Below are positions 36,674 to 46,773 of a stretch of DNA of 64,000 nt, one piece after another (the stretch's first letter is position 1; each line of letters begins with the position of its first letter). The translations under genes were made by a program, and so were the position numbers. Source of the DNA: Candidatus Omnitrophota bacterium (GTDB lineage Bacteria; Omnitrophota; Gorgyraeia; Gygaellales; Profunditerraquicolaceae); NCBI GenBank assembly GCA_041662125.1, contig JBAZTA010000004.1, positions 343-64,342 of the forward strand, given 5' to 3'. The notes below the pieces were generated by a model. It searched no databases and had not been told where the DNA came from. It saw nothing but the letters and a program-made list of their open reading frames with translations.

Positions 36674-37312
36674 TTAACCCTTTATCTCTTCTATCGTAAT
36701 GCCGCAGACAGCGAGATCTTTTATAAGCTGCGCAGTGCCCTGGTACACAAATGCCCGGATGCCCAGCGTACGGGCCTTGGCGACTAAATCCGCCCGATCG
36801 TCGAGGTAAAACGCCTCCGACGGGATCACTCCCAATACGGACATTGTTTGAGCATAAATCTGAGGATGGGGTTTCGTCAATCCGGTCTCAAAAGAAGTAA
36901 CGATGTGGGGAAAAATATCAAAAATCTCAAATTGTTTTTTGATATACTCAAAATGCAAAATATTGGTATTAGTGAGAACCGCCACTTTATAATCCTGCCG
37001 CAGGCGCGCCGCTATTTGCGCCGTAGACACATTATCTTCTGTCAAAAAAAAGATCTCGTTCCATATCGGCTTGAAAGCTTTATAGCTAAGAGAAAGTCGC
37101 AGCGTTTTTTTTATCTTTAAGAAAAACTCATGCGGCCTGACCCTGCCTTCTTCAAAAAACTTCAGAAGTTTAACCGATCCAAACACAAGCGAGGAAATTT
37201 GCTCGGGATTTTTGTCCGTAAAAGCGGATATCCGGGACACCGCCCGCATAGTATCAAAACTGACCAAGACATTACCCAAGTCAAAAATAATAGCTTTGAT
37301 ACGAACGCTCAT
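36674..37312 (-). CDS. HAD-superfamily hydrolase/phosphatase
   Basis: Motif I IIFDLGNVL (DxG), motif II LTNT, C-terminal YLDD. Confidence 0.75.
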   Translation of the reverse strand: MSVRIKAIIFDLGNVLVSFDTMRAVSRISAFTDKNPEQISSLVFGSVKLLKFFEEGRVRPHEFFLKIKKTLRLSLSYKAFKPIWNEIFFLTEDNVSTAQIAARLRQDYKVAVLTNTNILHFEYIKKQFEIFDIFPHIVTSFETGLTKPHPQIYAQTMSVLGVIPSEAFYLDDRADLVAKARTLGIRAFVYQGTAQLIKDLAVCGITIEEIKG

Positions 37313-37329
37313 AGTATGCTGAATAAGGG

Positions 37330-38301
37330 TTAATTATTGATATCCCTGGATTTCTTAAATAAGTCGAGGAACCGGTCTTCGTATTCCCGGTAGACATTCC
37401 ATTTATCCAGTTCAGCTTTTAATTGATGGGCTTTTGAGATATCCGTCTTTGCATCAACAAAAAGCTTTTCAATTTTTTCTTTCACGGACTGCGGAAGCTT
37501 GGTGAGCTGGCTTAAACTTTTCCTTATCATTTCAATCTCTTCTTCATTGATAGGGGCAGGGGATGCGGAGCCGCCGACTTTTAAGAAATCCATCAGCTTG
37601 TTGATTTGTTCCTCTACCCCATGGATCTGTTCAACCAGGCCGGTGAAATCTATCTGCAGGTTAATGATCTTGCCGACAGTCTCCAAAAGGGCAAGCGAAG
37701 CACGGGGGTTCTCGATCTGAATAGTGTACAGAGGGATTTCACCTAAAAGGCAGATCCCATCCAAACCTTCTCGTTTTGCCAGGCCTAAAAACAGGCCATT
37801 CAAACCGCTGATCTGGCCTTCGGATAATACCTGAAAATCGAACTTTTTCAAACCGGCGTTGAGCTGCGGCGACGTCGCGGTTAACCATACGTTCGGCGCT
37901 TGGTTATGGTCAATGGGCTGCGGCATAGCAGCAAAACCGATCACCATCTTGACTTTATATGCCTTGGCCAAAGAAATGATCCGTTTACAGTATTCTTCGG
38001 CCTGTTCTAAATCCGGCTGCGAATCACTGGCAAAGATGATCAGGTCATTTTTACCCGTTTTATTCTTCCAGAAATAAAATTTGCTTTTCGGCAACTCCGG
38101 CAACCGCAAAATTCCGTCTACAACATTACTTCCCGTTAAATAAAAAAAATCTTCCGGGGGGATCTCTGCGAATTCCGAAGCCATGAGCTTCTCAATAAGA
38201 TACGTTGCCGCTTTGATCGCGACCTCTCCCATTCCGGGCCATGCTACAATTAAATACGGGCTCTTCAGCCGCGGTTTTTTATGTACCGTAATACCTTCCA
38301 T
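37330..38301 (-). CDS. PAC2-family protein (COG1938/DUF75)
   Basis: LIVAWPGMGEVAIKAATYLIEKL and the later GLNGLFLGLAKREGLDGICLLGEIPLY match the PAC2 family pattern G.PG.G.VG..A, then GLL.G.A...G. Recognition is by pattern only. Confidence 0.5.
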   Translation of the reverse strand: MEGITVHKKPRLKSPYLIVAWPGMGEVAIKAATYLIEKLMASEFAEIPPEDFFYLTGSNVVDGILRLPELPKSKFYFWKNKTGKNDLIIFASDSQPDLEQAEEYCKRIISLAKAYKVKMVIGFAAMPQPIDHNQAPNVWLTATSPQLNAGLKKFDFQVLSEGQISGLNGLFLGLAKREGLDGICLLGEIPLYTIQIENPRASLALLETVGKIINLQIDFTGLVEQIHGVEEQINKLMDFLKVGGSASPAPINEEEIEMIRKSLSQLTKLPQSVKEKIEKLFVDAKTDISKAHQLKAELDKWNVYREYEDRFLDLFKKSRDINN

Positions 38302-38334
38302 AGCAGAGGCTCCTTAATAGCCAATACGTTAAGG

Positions 38335-39459
38335 CTAAAATTTAAAATCTGTTAAAAACTTCTCTAAGACTACCGTTCCCTGATAAAGGTTATCCAGCGA
38401 AACATATTCATTACTGATATGGGCGCAACCTTCGGAACCAAAACCCGTTGCCACCGCCGGAATTGACTGCTCCTGAAAGAACGTAATGACGGTCGCTCCT
38501 TCTGAACCGCAAATCCTCGGTTTTATCTTACAGGCGCGCATTGCCGCAGTCAAATATTTTACCAACGGATGCCCTTGATCGATACAATACGGTTTTTGGA
38601 TCCCTTCAACTTCTATTACGAATTTCCGGCTGTGCTTCTTAACAATATCTTTTACCATGCGCAAAAGAGAACCGGCCTCTGTCCCGGGCAAAAACCGGAA
38701 ATCAAGCTCAAGTTCACACCAATCGGCAACCACATTGACTTTATCACCGCCCTTAATGGTTCCGACATTGAGCGTCGGAGGCAACAAATACCGGTTTTTT
38801 CTAAAACGCATTTTCCTGCTTTTCAACTCTGCAACTATCCTGACCGCGGCATCAATAGCGTTATCGCCGCGCCACGGATAAGCACCATGAGCTCTTTTGC
38901 CTTCAAGTTTGACCTTGACGTGCAAAAGCCCCTTCTGGGCGACAATGATCTCAAATTCTTCTGTATCAAGCACGACAGCCGCGTCTACTTTGATTATACT
39001 CTTTTTAAGCAAGGGAATCAATCCCCAGGTAGACCCGCTTTCTTCGTCAGCTGTGGCAGCAAGCACCAGATTATAATACAAACCTGCCTTATTTTCAACA
39101 ATACTATGTATTGCTTCTACTGCGCAGGCAAGGTTTCCTTTACAATCGGTTGCACCGATGCCATAGAGTTTATTTTGCACAACCACGCCGGCAAAAGGGT
39201 CACAACGCCATTTTCTGCCGGCAGGAACCGTATCTAAATGCGGAGTTACCAGTAATGAATGGTGCGTATCCTTACCCAGTAAATACGCTATCACATTAGG
39301 ACGGTTTTTCTTAAATGCAACTATTTTTACGCGCAGGCCCAATTTTTCAAGATACGTTTTTAGGAAACAGGCAATTGCCGTTTCATTACCCGGAGGATTT
39401 TGAGAATCAATTTTTATTAACTGCCGAGTAAGATCTATCAATCGTTTCTTATTGATCAT
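38335..39459 (-). CDS. M20-family metallopeptidase/deacylase (ArgE/DapE-like)
   Basis: HLDTVP, GATDCKG, ATADEESGS and a dimerisation-domain insert. 374 aa. Confidence 0.8.
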   Translation of the reverse strand: MINKKRLIDLTRQLIKIDSQNPPGNETAIACFLKTYLEKLGLRVKIVAFKKNRPNVIAYLLGKDTHHSLLVTPHLDTVPAGRKWRCDPFAGVVVQNKLYGIGATDCKGNLACAVEAIHSIVENKAGLYYNLVLAATADEESGSTWGLIPLLKKSIIKVDAAVVLDTEEFEIIVAQKGLLHVKVKLEGKRAHGAYPWRGDNAIDAAVRIVAELKSRKMRFRKNRYLLPPTLNVGTIKGGDKVNVVADWCELELDFRFLPGTEAGSLLRMVKDIVKKHSRKFVIEVEGIQKPYCIDQGHPLVKYLTAAMRACKIKPRICGSEGATVITFFQEQSIPAVATGFGSEGCAHISNEYVSLDNLYQGTVVLEKFLTDFKF

Positions 39460-39487
39460 GCTTTCCTTCCGGGGGAAACGACAACAC

Positions 39488-42309
39488 TTAGAACGCGTGG
39501 CTCAAACCCACCCAAAAATGCGTGCTCTCTTTTGAGTCATTAATAGGCCGGGCAATATCAAAGCGAAGCACCACCTTTTCCAGAAACCCGACGATATCAA
39601 AATGCAGGCGCAGCCCTACCCCTGCGTTTTTCTTAAAGTTGGCTGATCCAAAATCGTTATACCAGGCCTTAGCGATATCAAAAAACCCGACTGCCTGGAT
39701 CTTATTCAGGCAAAAAACATTATCCAAGAAATACATTTTCATATCGCCGCAGAGCGGAAAACGGTATTCCGCTGACCCTAACATCATGCGCGAGCCCTCT
39801 ACCGTTTCCCTGCCATACCCTCGCAAACCATCCGCGCCGCCGAGATCAAAAAGGCCCTTTTCACCCGAACCTCCCCATCCAACCTTCAGGCGTGTCGCTA
39901 ATTTCTGTGAAAACTTAGGTAAAAGCAAACGGTAAGTATCTAATTCTAAACTCGTGCGCCAAAAAGATTCATTTCCTCCCAGGAAGTGGCCTGCGAATTC
40001 CTGCTGAGGGATTAATTTCCAGCCATAATCCGGGTCTGAATACGGGCCATACCGGCACAACGAAGCAGCCAACCCCAGGATTGTTTCATCAGTCTTCCTA
40101 TAGACGATATTACGCGCGTCTTCTGCGCCATTAACACTGACCTGCTGGTCAAGTTTTTGATCCTTCAAAAGATACAAGGTAACATGATCATTCAGGTCAA
40201 AAATACCATAGCGCGCCGGCCATAATTCGCGCCGGATATACAGCTTGCCCCCAGATACATCTTGACGGCCCAAACGATACTGGCGGTTAAAAACATCCAC
40301 TCCTACAGATACCTGTTTATTAAAAAGATGGGGAAATTCATAGCCTGCCGTATATTCTGATTCTTTATCATTAAAATTATAGAGAGAAGAAACTTTCACT
40401 AATCCGTCATAGGGTTTTGCCGCAGATGCCGCCGCCCCAAGCCACTGTCCACGCAGATCAGGGCCAAGAACCACATTATAAGATCCATCCGGCATAAGCG
40501 AAGGTATCTCATAGGCGAAAAAGTACCAGGGGACTGGTTTAAGGAAAATATTCCTCGGCCACGAATTGTTTACCCGGTCTAAATCCAGGATGATCTTTTT
40601 ATCAGGGTCTACAACGACTTTTGAAACAGTTTTCCCCCCGGTAAGAGGTATGGGTATATTTTTCCCCGCCCCATCCCACGGGAAAATGCTCTCTGTCCCG
40701 TCATGATAGGTGATCTTTGTTTCTACCGGCATTACTATCAAACCGCGGTTTTCTAAAATAAATGCGCCGCGGGCAACCGGCTTAACAGCGTAATCGCAAG
40801 CCTGCTTAGTCTTAAGCCATCCGTGAAAGAACAGCGTAAGATCTTTCCCCGACTCTTCATTACAGATCCTCATAAAATCATCAAAACTAAAATTCTTAAA
40901 CCTGAATTCCCCGGTATAACGTTTCATAACACCTTCAAATACCTGGCTGCCAACCTCGGCATTGAGCATCTCTAAAACAGCTGCCCCTTTGCCATAGGTC
41001 AAAGCAAATATTGATGACGGCTCCTGAAAACTCGAAAGGTCGCTCACAACCGGCCCGTCGAGGCCGTTTTTCGCTAAATACAGGTAGCGAGCGACTGTTG
41101 AGCCGTGAAAAGAAAAGTTGGGAACAAGCCATCGTATCCCTGGCGGTAAGGTCAAAACTTGAGCATCAGGCCCATAGGTATGCTCTAAATAGCGCAATAT
41201 CCAATATGAATTCATACCTTCATCAAGGAACATCTCCCTGTATTCATCAGAACCAATGATATTATAAAACCACTGATGGCCGGTTTCATGCGCTATCAAG
41301 AAATTAAAATACCGCTCTAAGAATCCCGGCACGCGATAAACACGGGTATCAATAAATATAAAACAGGAAGACTGGCATCCGCCGTAGCCTAAATAACTAG
41401 GGACTATGGAGAATGCTTTATACGGATATGACCCAAAACGCTCGGCGTAATACCGCATTAATGAGGCCGCGTACGAAGCCGCAGCAACAGCTCTTTTTTC
41501 GTCACCTTTAAGATAATATGATTGGATCGTCACCTCACCGGAAGCTATGGAATGGACTAAAAAAGATTTGCTGACTCCCAAAGCAAAATCCCTGACCGGG
41601 AATTCAGTCTCCATCATCAGGGTTTTTGTCCCGTCAGGATTGTCTGTTTTGGTTTTTACCAAAGCCGTAGAAGCTACAACTTCATCCTGAGGAAGCGTAA
41701 GGGTAACTTTGTAGTAAGAGGCTTCACTGAAATACGGCTGATGATAGATATAAAAAGGATAATTGTGCCAGCCGGACTTATCCACTACGCTTAAAAGCGG
41801 ATACCAGCGGGCAAGGCTGGTGATCCCCTGATGCCAGCCGAACCTGCCGTACGCATGGGGGATATCTACCTTAAAATCTAAGATGATCTCTTGTGAATCT
41901 CCGGGTTTAAGCGATGAATCAAGTCCAACCTTAAGAATTGTCTGATCATCCCCTTCCATACGATAAGAAAGAACATTGCCGCGAGAGGATATTTTTTCTA
42001 TTTTTAAATCGCCTCCCTGAAACCCTTCAGGGAAAGGATCCATCTTAAAATAACCGGCATAGCGGTACATAAAGCCAATTTCTTTCTTTGTATACCGGCG
42101 ATGAGGATAAACGTGAAAATACAGGGCGTCAAGGGCCGTATCGGAATTATTGGTAAATATTACTTTCTGGCTTGCGGTGATCGTGTGATTTTTGGTATCA
42201 AGCCGTGCGGTGATCTCATACCGGGGACACTCAGCGGCGAAAGAAAGCAAAAAGTTAAAGAGGCAGAAAAAAAGTGAAAAAAATAATACCACCTTTAAGC
42301 TCTTATTCA
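39488..42309 (-). CDS. M1-family (aminopeptidase N-like) zinc peptidase domain fused to a C-terminal Omp85/surface-antigen beta-barrel
   Basis: Signal peptide MNKSLKVVLFFSLFFCLFNFLLSFAAE (probable start near 42309; the longest ORF extends to 42481). Gluzincin motif HETGHQWFYNIIGSDEYREMFLDEGMNSYW, i.e. HExxH...W..N..(18)..E. C-terminus DLGGADGLRGYGRE...GVGLRLHFDIVG...WVGLSHAF ends in Phe like outer-membrane barrels. Confidence 0.7.
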
Positions 42310-42347
42310 TGCTTATCCTCATTCTATAATCCCACAATTGTGATCCC

Positions 42348-44300
42348 TTAGTTCTCAAGTTCCAAAGGATTATAATTATAATACGCGAACAACGTATACA
42401 CCGTGCCTGAAACAGCTCCTGTCTTTTTTCCCGCCGGAGTAGACCATCCATGCCCGGTATCAACGGATTCCGCAGAAGCATACGGCAGGCATCCTTCCCC
42501 CTGGCCTGAAGGCGAAGGGCTAGAAATTATCAACGTACACAAATCGACCATATATTCATTTGCTTTCTGATCATAGACTTTGGCCTTGCCCAGCATATCT
42601 TTTTTCTTATAATAATTTGACATTATTTTAAACGACAAGATCATCTGAGCGGTCCATTCGGTAGAAATCACTCCTCCCCGGGAGAGATGCCTCTGTGGAG
42701 CAAAATCAAAGCCTTTGATCTTAATCGCTTCGCCTGACGGACCGACCGAGGGGACTTCGACCACGCAATTTTCCTCGGCAAATTCAATGATTTTATCGGG
42801 ATGCATCCTATTCTCTTCCAATTTTTCAGGGCCCAGCGCCGCGATCGCCCAGGCATACGTATCGGTAGCGATCGTTGAATCTCCTTTACCGCGGATAATC
42901 GGAATATCTACCTTATCATAAATATGCCCGATCAACCAACGAAACACCCTGTCCCGCGCCTCTGCGTACAACTGATTTTTGGTTATGGTATACAACATAT
43001 CGAAAAACGCGTAAGCATCCAGGTTATGCTCGGTAGAATACCAGCTGATATTAGGGCCGCCGCGGATGCCGCCTTCTTCATCTTGGCCCTGCAAAGTAAT
43101 CATCACCTGAGCGATTTCCTCAGCTAACCGCATATATTTGGTATCCTGTGTTTTCTTTGTATAGTGCAACACCGCGATCCCCAGCCAGATATTAGGGCCG
43201 CTGTGCACAATATATTCTGCGGGGCTGCCGTCTTTAGCATCATAGGCATTGACAAATAACCCCTCTCTTCGCTTTGCTTTGTGCGCGTAGAATTCCAATG
43301 TTTTCCTGGCGCGCTCATAATCGGAAAAGTTCGTGTAAGCCTGAATTGCCAGAGACTGGTCATACGTAAACGCCCAGCCGTCAACTTGCGCATCGCCTTC
43401 AAAGCTCATCACCAGGCCTGTCCGGGGATTTTGATGCAACGCCAGCCATTGATACATTTTATTGAAATTTTCTTTCTGCAAAACAGATTTCTTCTCATCT
43501 AAACGCAATAATTCTTCCGTCACCGTGGTCTCACGGTGTTGCAAATCGATCAGCTTCTCCTGGAGCGGAGCTTTTTCCTGCCTCAACTGCTCAATTAATT
43601 TCCTAAGCTCTTCTACTTTCTTGCCGGTCTTGGCCTCCTCTAATTTAGTACCTTCTTCAAGAAAAGTTTTCTCATCTTCCACGGTCTTAATACGCACCTG
43701 TAACGCTTCTATCTTACGCTGCAAATCTTCTTTATCTTTATTAATGGAGGTGATCTTTTGTTTGGCGATAATTGATTCCTGCAAGATATTAACCAGCTGA
43801 CTGATCAAACTTTTATTGCCCTGAATGAGTTTTGCGTTGACATAGCTGTTAAAAACGAGTGCTGCGGAAAAAATAAGAATTATCGAATAGACTACAGGAA
43901 TGAATAATTTTTTCATCCACACATAACGCATGAGCCGAGTATTACCGCTGCGTTCGATGGAATCATAATTTAAACCGATAAGGTACTTATTGGCATTAAC
44001 CGCGACATCTTTGATCCAGGAAACGCTTGCCCGGGCAAAAACCGGCTGCCGGCCTAAAGGGCTTTCGATTTCTAAGATAACCCGGGTTGATTGGCTCTTC
44101 ATCGTCTGAATCAACTCAGAGGAAAGGTTATTAACGCGCAGGCACAAGCCTCCTTTTCCTATATCATTCGTAAAACCCTGCAGCCAAACAGAAAGAAAAG
44201 ACTGCTCATCGGCAGCACCTACTAACCGGAACTGAACCGGAAATACCGAATCAAGCCTGACATATTTTCGACGGTTGAGAGCTTCGTGATCAATCTCCAT
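42348..44300 (-). CDS. PilZ - TM - coiled-coil - (alpha/alpha)6 glycoside-hydrolase/epimerase-like domain protein
   Basis: N-terminal RRKYVRL and DIGKGGLCL (PilZ). One TM segment (LFIPVVYSIILIFSAALVF). An approximately 120-aa coiled coil. The C-terminal 350 aa carry a six-hairpin-like repeat pattern; the family is uncertain. Confidence 0.55.
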   Translation of the reverse strand: MEIDHEALNRRKYVRLDSVFPVQFRLVGAADEQSFLSVWLQGFTNDIGKGGLCLRVNNLSSELIQTMKSQSTRVILEIESPLGRQPVFARASVSWIKDVAVNANKYLIGLNYDSIERSGNTRLMRYVWMKKLFIPVVYSIILIFSAALVFNSYVNAKLIQGNKSLISQLVNILQESIIAKQKITSINKDKEDLQRKIEALQVRIKTVEDEKTFLEEGTKLEEAKTGKKVEELRKLIEQLRQEKAPLQEKLIDLQHRETTVTEELLRLDEKKSVLQKENFNKMYQWLALHQNPRTGLVMSFEGDAQVDGWAFTYDQSLAIQAYTNFSDYERARKTLEFYAHKAKRREGLFVNAYDAKDGSPAEYIVHSGPNIWLGIAVLHYTKKTQDTKYMRLAEEIAQVMITLQGQDEEGGIRGGPNISWYSTEHNLDAYAFFDMLYTITKNQLYAEARDRVFRWLIGHIYDKVDIPIIRGKGDSTIATDTYAWAIAALGPEKLEENRMHPDKIIEFAEENCVVEVPSVGPSGEAIKIKGFDFAPQRHLSRGGVISTEWTAQMILSFKIMSNYYKKKDMLGKAKVYDQKANEYMVDLCTLIISSPSPSGQGEGCLPYASAESVDTGHGWSTPAGKKTGAVSGTVYTLFAYYNYNPLELEN

Positions 44301-44303
44301 AAA

Positions 44304-46718
44304 CTACTTTTTCCTTTCTACAACCACTTTCTGCTTAATTTTCTGGGCAAGAAGCTCATATATTTTCTTAAAATCAGCGTATTGTTCCTGAGGGATGAGC
44401 GTTTTCTTTAATTCAATTGACTGTTTAAAAGAAATACGCTTATTTTTATACGCGTATCCCACGCTGAAACGAAACCAACTATTATCCTCAAAGATATTAT
44501 CCGGCAGGAACTTTACGTTAAAATCAGCGGGGAGCTGGATCTCCATCAGAGTCTCTTTATTATTCAAGAACCCGAAATCCAACGCATACCTGCGGCTATC
44601 TTGAGCGACTAATGAAAGGTCCAGGTACGCCAGCTGAGGCAATATACGCAATGCCCCGGCGATGGTCGCGTATTCGCTGCCGCTAAAAGCATACTCAAGC
44701 ACTAACGGCTTATTGAAATCATCCGTATTCTGTATAGCATATTTTCCCAAACGGGCCCCTACGGATATTTCCTGTATTTTTTCTTCCAGGTGCTGGCGGA
44801 TCAATTCCGGAGGCGTATACAAAACCCAATACCGCTGCATCTGGTTATAAACCCCCGCAGCAGAAATTATTTTTTCTCCCGTAATACGGTCATCGCTTTG
44901 TATTGCAAGCGACAAATCCTGCCTGAGCTGATTATGCACCGCTTGATAGAGCGGCGTCACGAGGACCTCAAAACCCTCATCTTTGCATACTAAGACTATC
45001 CGTGACTGGTCATCCTGGGGCAAATCGCCAAACGCGCACGTCTCAGCAGTAGGATCAACAAAAACTAATTTTCCCTCCCATACAACCGCCGCGATGGCAT
45101 GATTAAAAAGTATCGAAGGAAAATCTTCACTGGCGTTATAGGAATCTTTTGTCGCGATAAGCACCGGATAGGCTTCAATACCGACCTCTCGCAGCATCGT
45201 CACTAACAAGACCGCTTTATCCTTGCAATCGCCATATTTATTCTGAAAAATATCCGCTGCCTTATGCGGCTCATACCCTGCCTGGCCGTATTCAACCGCG
45301 ACATAACGGATCTTCGTAGCGGCAAAGCTGCAGAGCGCGCGTATTTTCTCTTCGGCAGAAACGGCATGAGACAATAATTCCTTCACCTTATTCTTAATCG
45401 CAGCGTCCGCCTGGATCTTATCCCGGGCAAGCTGCCACCACCAATCATAAATCTCCTTCCACGACTCAAAAGTTGAAACAAGAAACGACGGATTAATCTC
45501 TGAAGCCGCAGGCATATCAGATTCCGGGATCACCTGAGGAATATCCTTGAATTGCCACGAATACACCAGCGCGCCTTTTTCCTCACTGATCACCGGTTCC
45601 AGAGAAGCACCGAAATCATTATATTTTTCATTGATCTTTTTAATATGCAGCTCTGTATTTTTCGGTATGGTAATGGAAAATTTCGCCTGGATCACAGGCT
45701 CAGAGGTCTGGAGGGGATACGGGAAAGCAAAATCTTTTTTATTCACCAACCGGTTACGCGAGATCTTTACTTTATATTCAATGATAGAGCCTTCGGCTAT
45801 CTCAGGAAAAGAAATAATAAAGATCCGCGCGTTGCTGTAAAGCGGGAAATTAAGGTATTTGGAGACATCGCGCATATGGCGGCTGCCGACATCGACCAGA
45901 GTACCGTCAGGCTTAATGGTCCGCGCGTATTCCACCTGAAGTTTTTCGTACGTCGAATCGTACTCTATATGCGCCTCGGAAAACGCATCCTTACCCCTCT
46001 CATTTAAGATCTTAATCAGATAATGCTCATAGGAGACCTGGGTATTTTCCGCAGAAACTTCGATACTTTCGTCGGCAAGCAGGATCAATGCGCCTGCCTG
46101 AGGGTATTTCTCCGACGACGGCGCGCTGACCAAGATCGTGTTGATCTCGGGGCTGACATCTTTTATATGCAGGCCTTCCACCTGCTTTTCTATTTGACGG
46201 ATACGCTCACCCGCGAGGGAGCTATAGGCCTCAAGGGCAGGCAAAGACAAGCCGGCTATCTTTTTATACGATTCAAGGGCGCTGTCAAAAAGATTGAGTT
46301 TTTCACAGGTTAAACCGCGGTAATATAAATATTGGGCATCTGAGTTAAGTTCCTGCTGATTAAGAATCCCCAGGGCATCAGTATAACTGCCCATCATATA
46401 GTATGAGATCGCCAGCCACTTCTTCGCTGCGGCAGTAGGCAGCCGCTTAAACTCTCCCGCAGCTTCCAGGAATTTTCCCTGACGGTAATACAATTCCCCC
46501 AGCTCAAACCCTATAGTTTCGGAATTGCTGCCGGCAGCAAGCAAACTCTTATACATATCCACCGCTTTCTGATAATCTAACTGGGATGCCTGGGCATAAA
46601 TCCTGGCTTGCTCCAACTCAGATTTCTTAGGAGTGCAGCCGCAAAAAGTTAAAAGCACAAGAGCATATACAAATGACCTTAAGAATCTCTTTCGTATGAT
46701 TTCTTTGGGTTTATTCAT
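44304..46718 (-). CDS. Transglutaminase-like cysteine protease family lipoprotein with N-terminal TPR and DUF3857-like region
   Basis: Lipobox LLTFCGC. TPR repeats. Transglutaminase core QNKYGDCKDKAVLLVTMLREVGIEAYPVLI with the catalytic Cys. Confidence 0.7.
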   Translation of the reverse strand: MNKPKEIIRKRFLRSFVYALVLLTFCGCTPKKSELEQARIYAQASQLDYQKAVDMYKSLLAAGSNSETIGFELGELYYRQGKFLEAAGEFKRLPTAAAKKWLAISYYMMGSYTDALGILNQQELNSDAQYLYYRGLTCEKLNLFDSALESYKKIAGLSLPALEAYSSLAGERIRQIEKQVEGLHIKDVSPEINTILVSAPSSEKYPQAGALILLADESIEVSAENTQVSYEHYLIKILNERGKDAFSEAHIEYDSTYEKLQVEYARTIKPDGTLVDVGSRHMRDVSKYLNFPLYSNARIFIISFPEIAEGSIIEYKVKISRNRLVNKKDFAFPYPLQTSEPVIQAKFSITIPKNTELHIKKINEKYNDFGASLEPVISEEKGALVYSWQFKDIPQVIPESDMPAASEINPSFLVSTFESWKEIYDWWWQLARDKIQADAAIKNKVKELLSHAVSAEEKIRALCSFAATKIRYVAVEYGQAGYEPHKAADIFQNKYGDCKDKAVLLVTMLREVGIEAYPVLIATKDSYNASEDFPSILFNHAIAAVVWEGKLVFVDPTAETCAFGDLPQDDQSRIVLVCKDEGFEVLVTPLYQAVHNQLRQDLSLAIQSDDRITGEKIISAAGVYNQMQRYWVLYTPPELIRQHLEEKIQEISVGARLGKYAIQNTDDFNKPLVLEYAFSGSEYATIAGALRILPQLAYLDLSLVAQDSRRYALDFGFLNNKETLMEIQLPADFNVKFLPDNIFEDNSWFRFSVGYAYKNKRISFKQSIELKKTLIPQEQYADFKKIYELLAQKIKQKVVVERKK

Positions 46719-46773
46719 AGGACTCCCTCGTAAACTAAAATTATATCGCTTTTACTCATCCGTGCATAGCGCT

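Noticed and set aside
42310-42481. 57-aa N-terminal extension of the M1::Omp85 ORF (MLLRNPLIPG...)
   Set aside because: It overlaps the preceding gene's 3' end and precedes a canonical signal peptide (MNKSLKVVLFF...). The internal ATG near 42309 is the probable start, and the extension is read-through of the longest-ORF rule.
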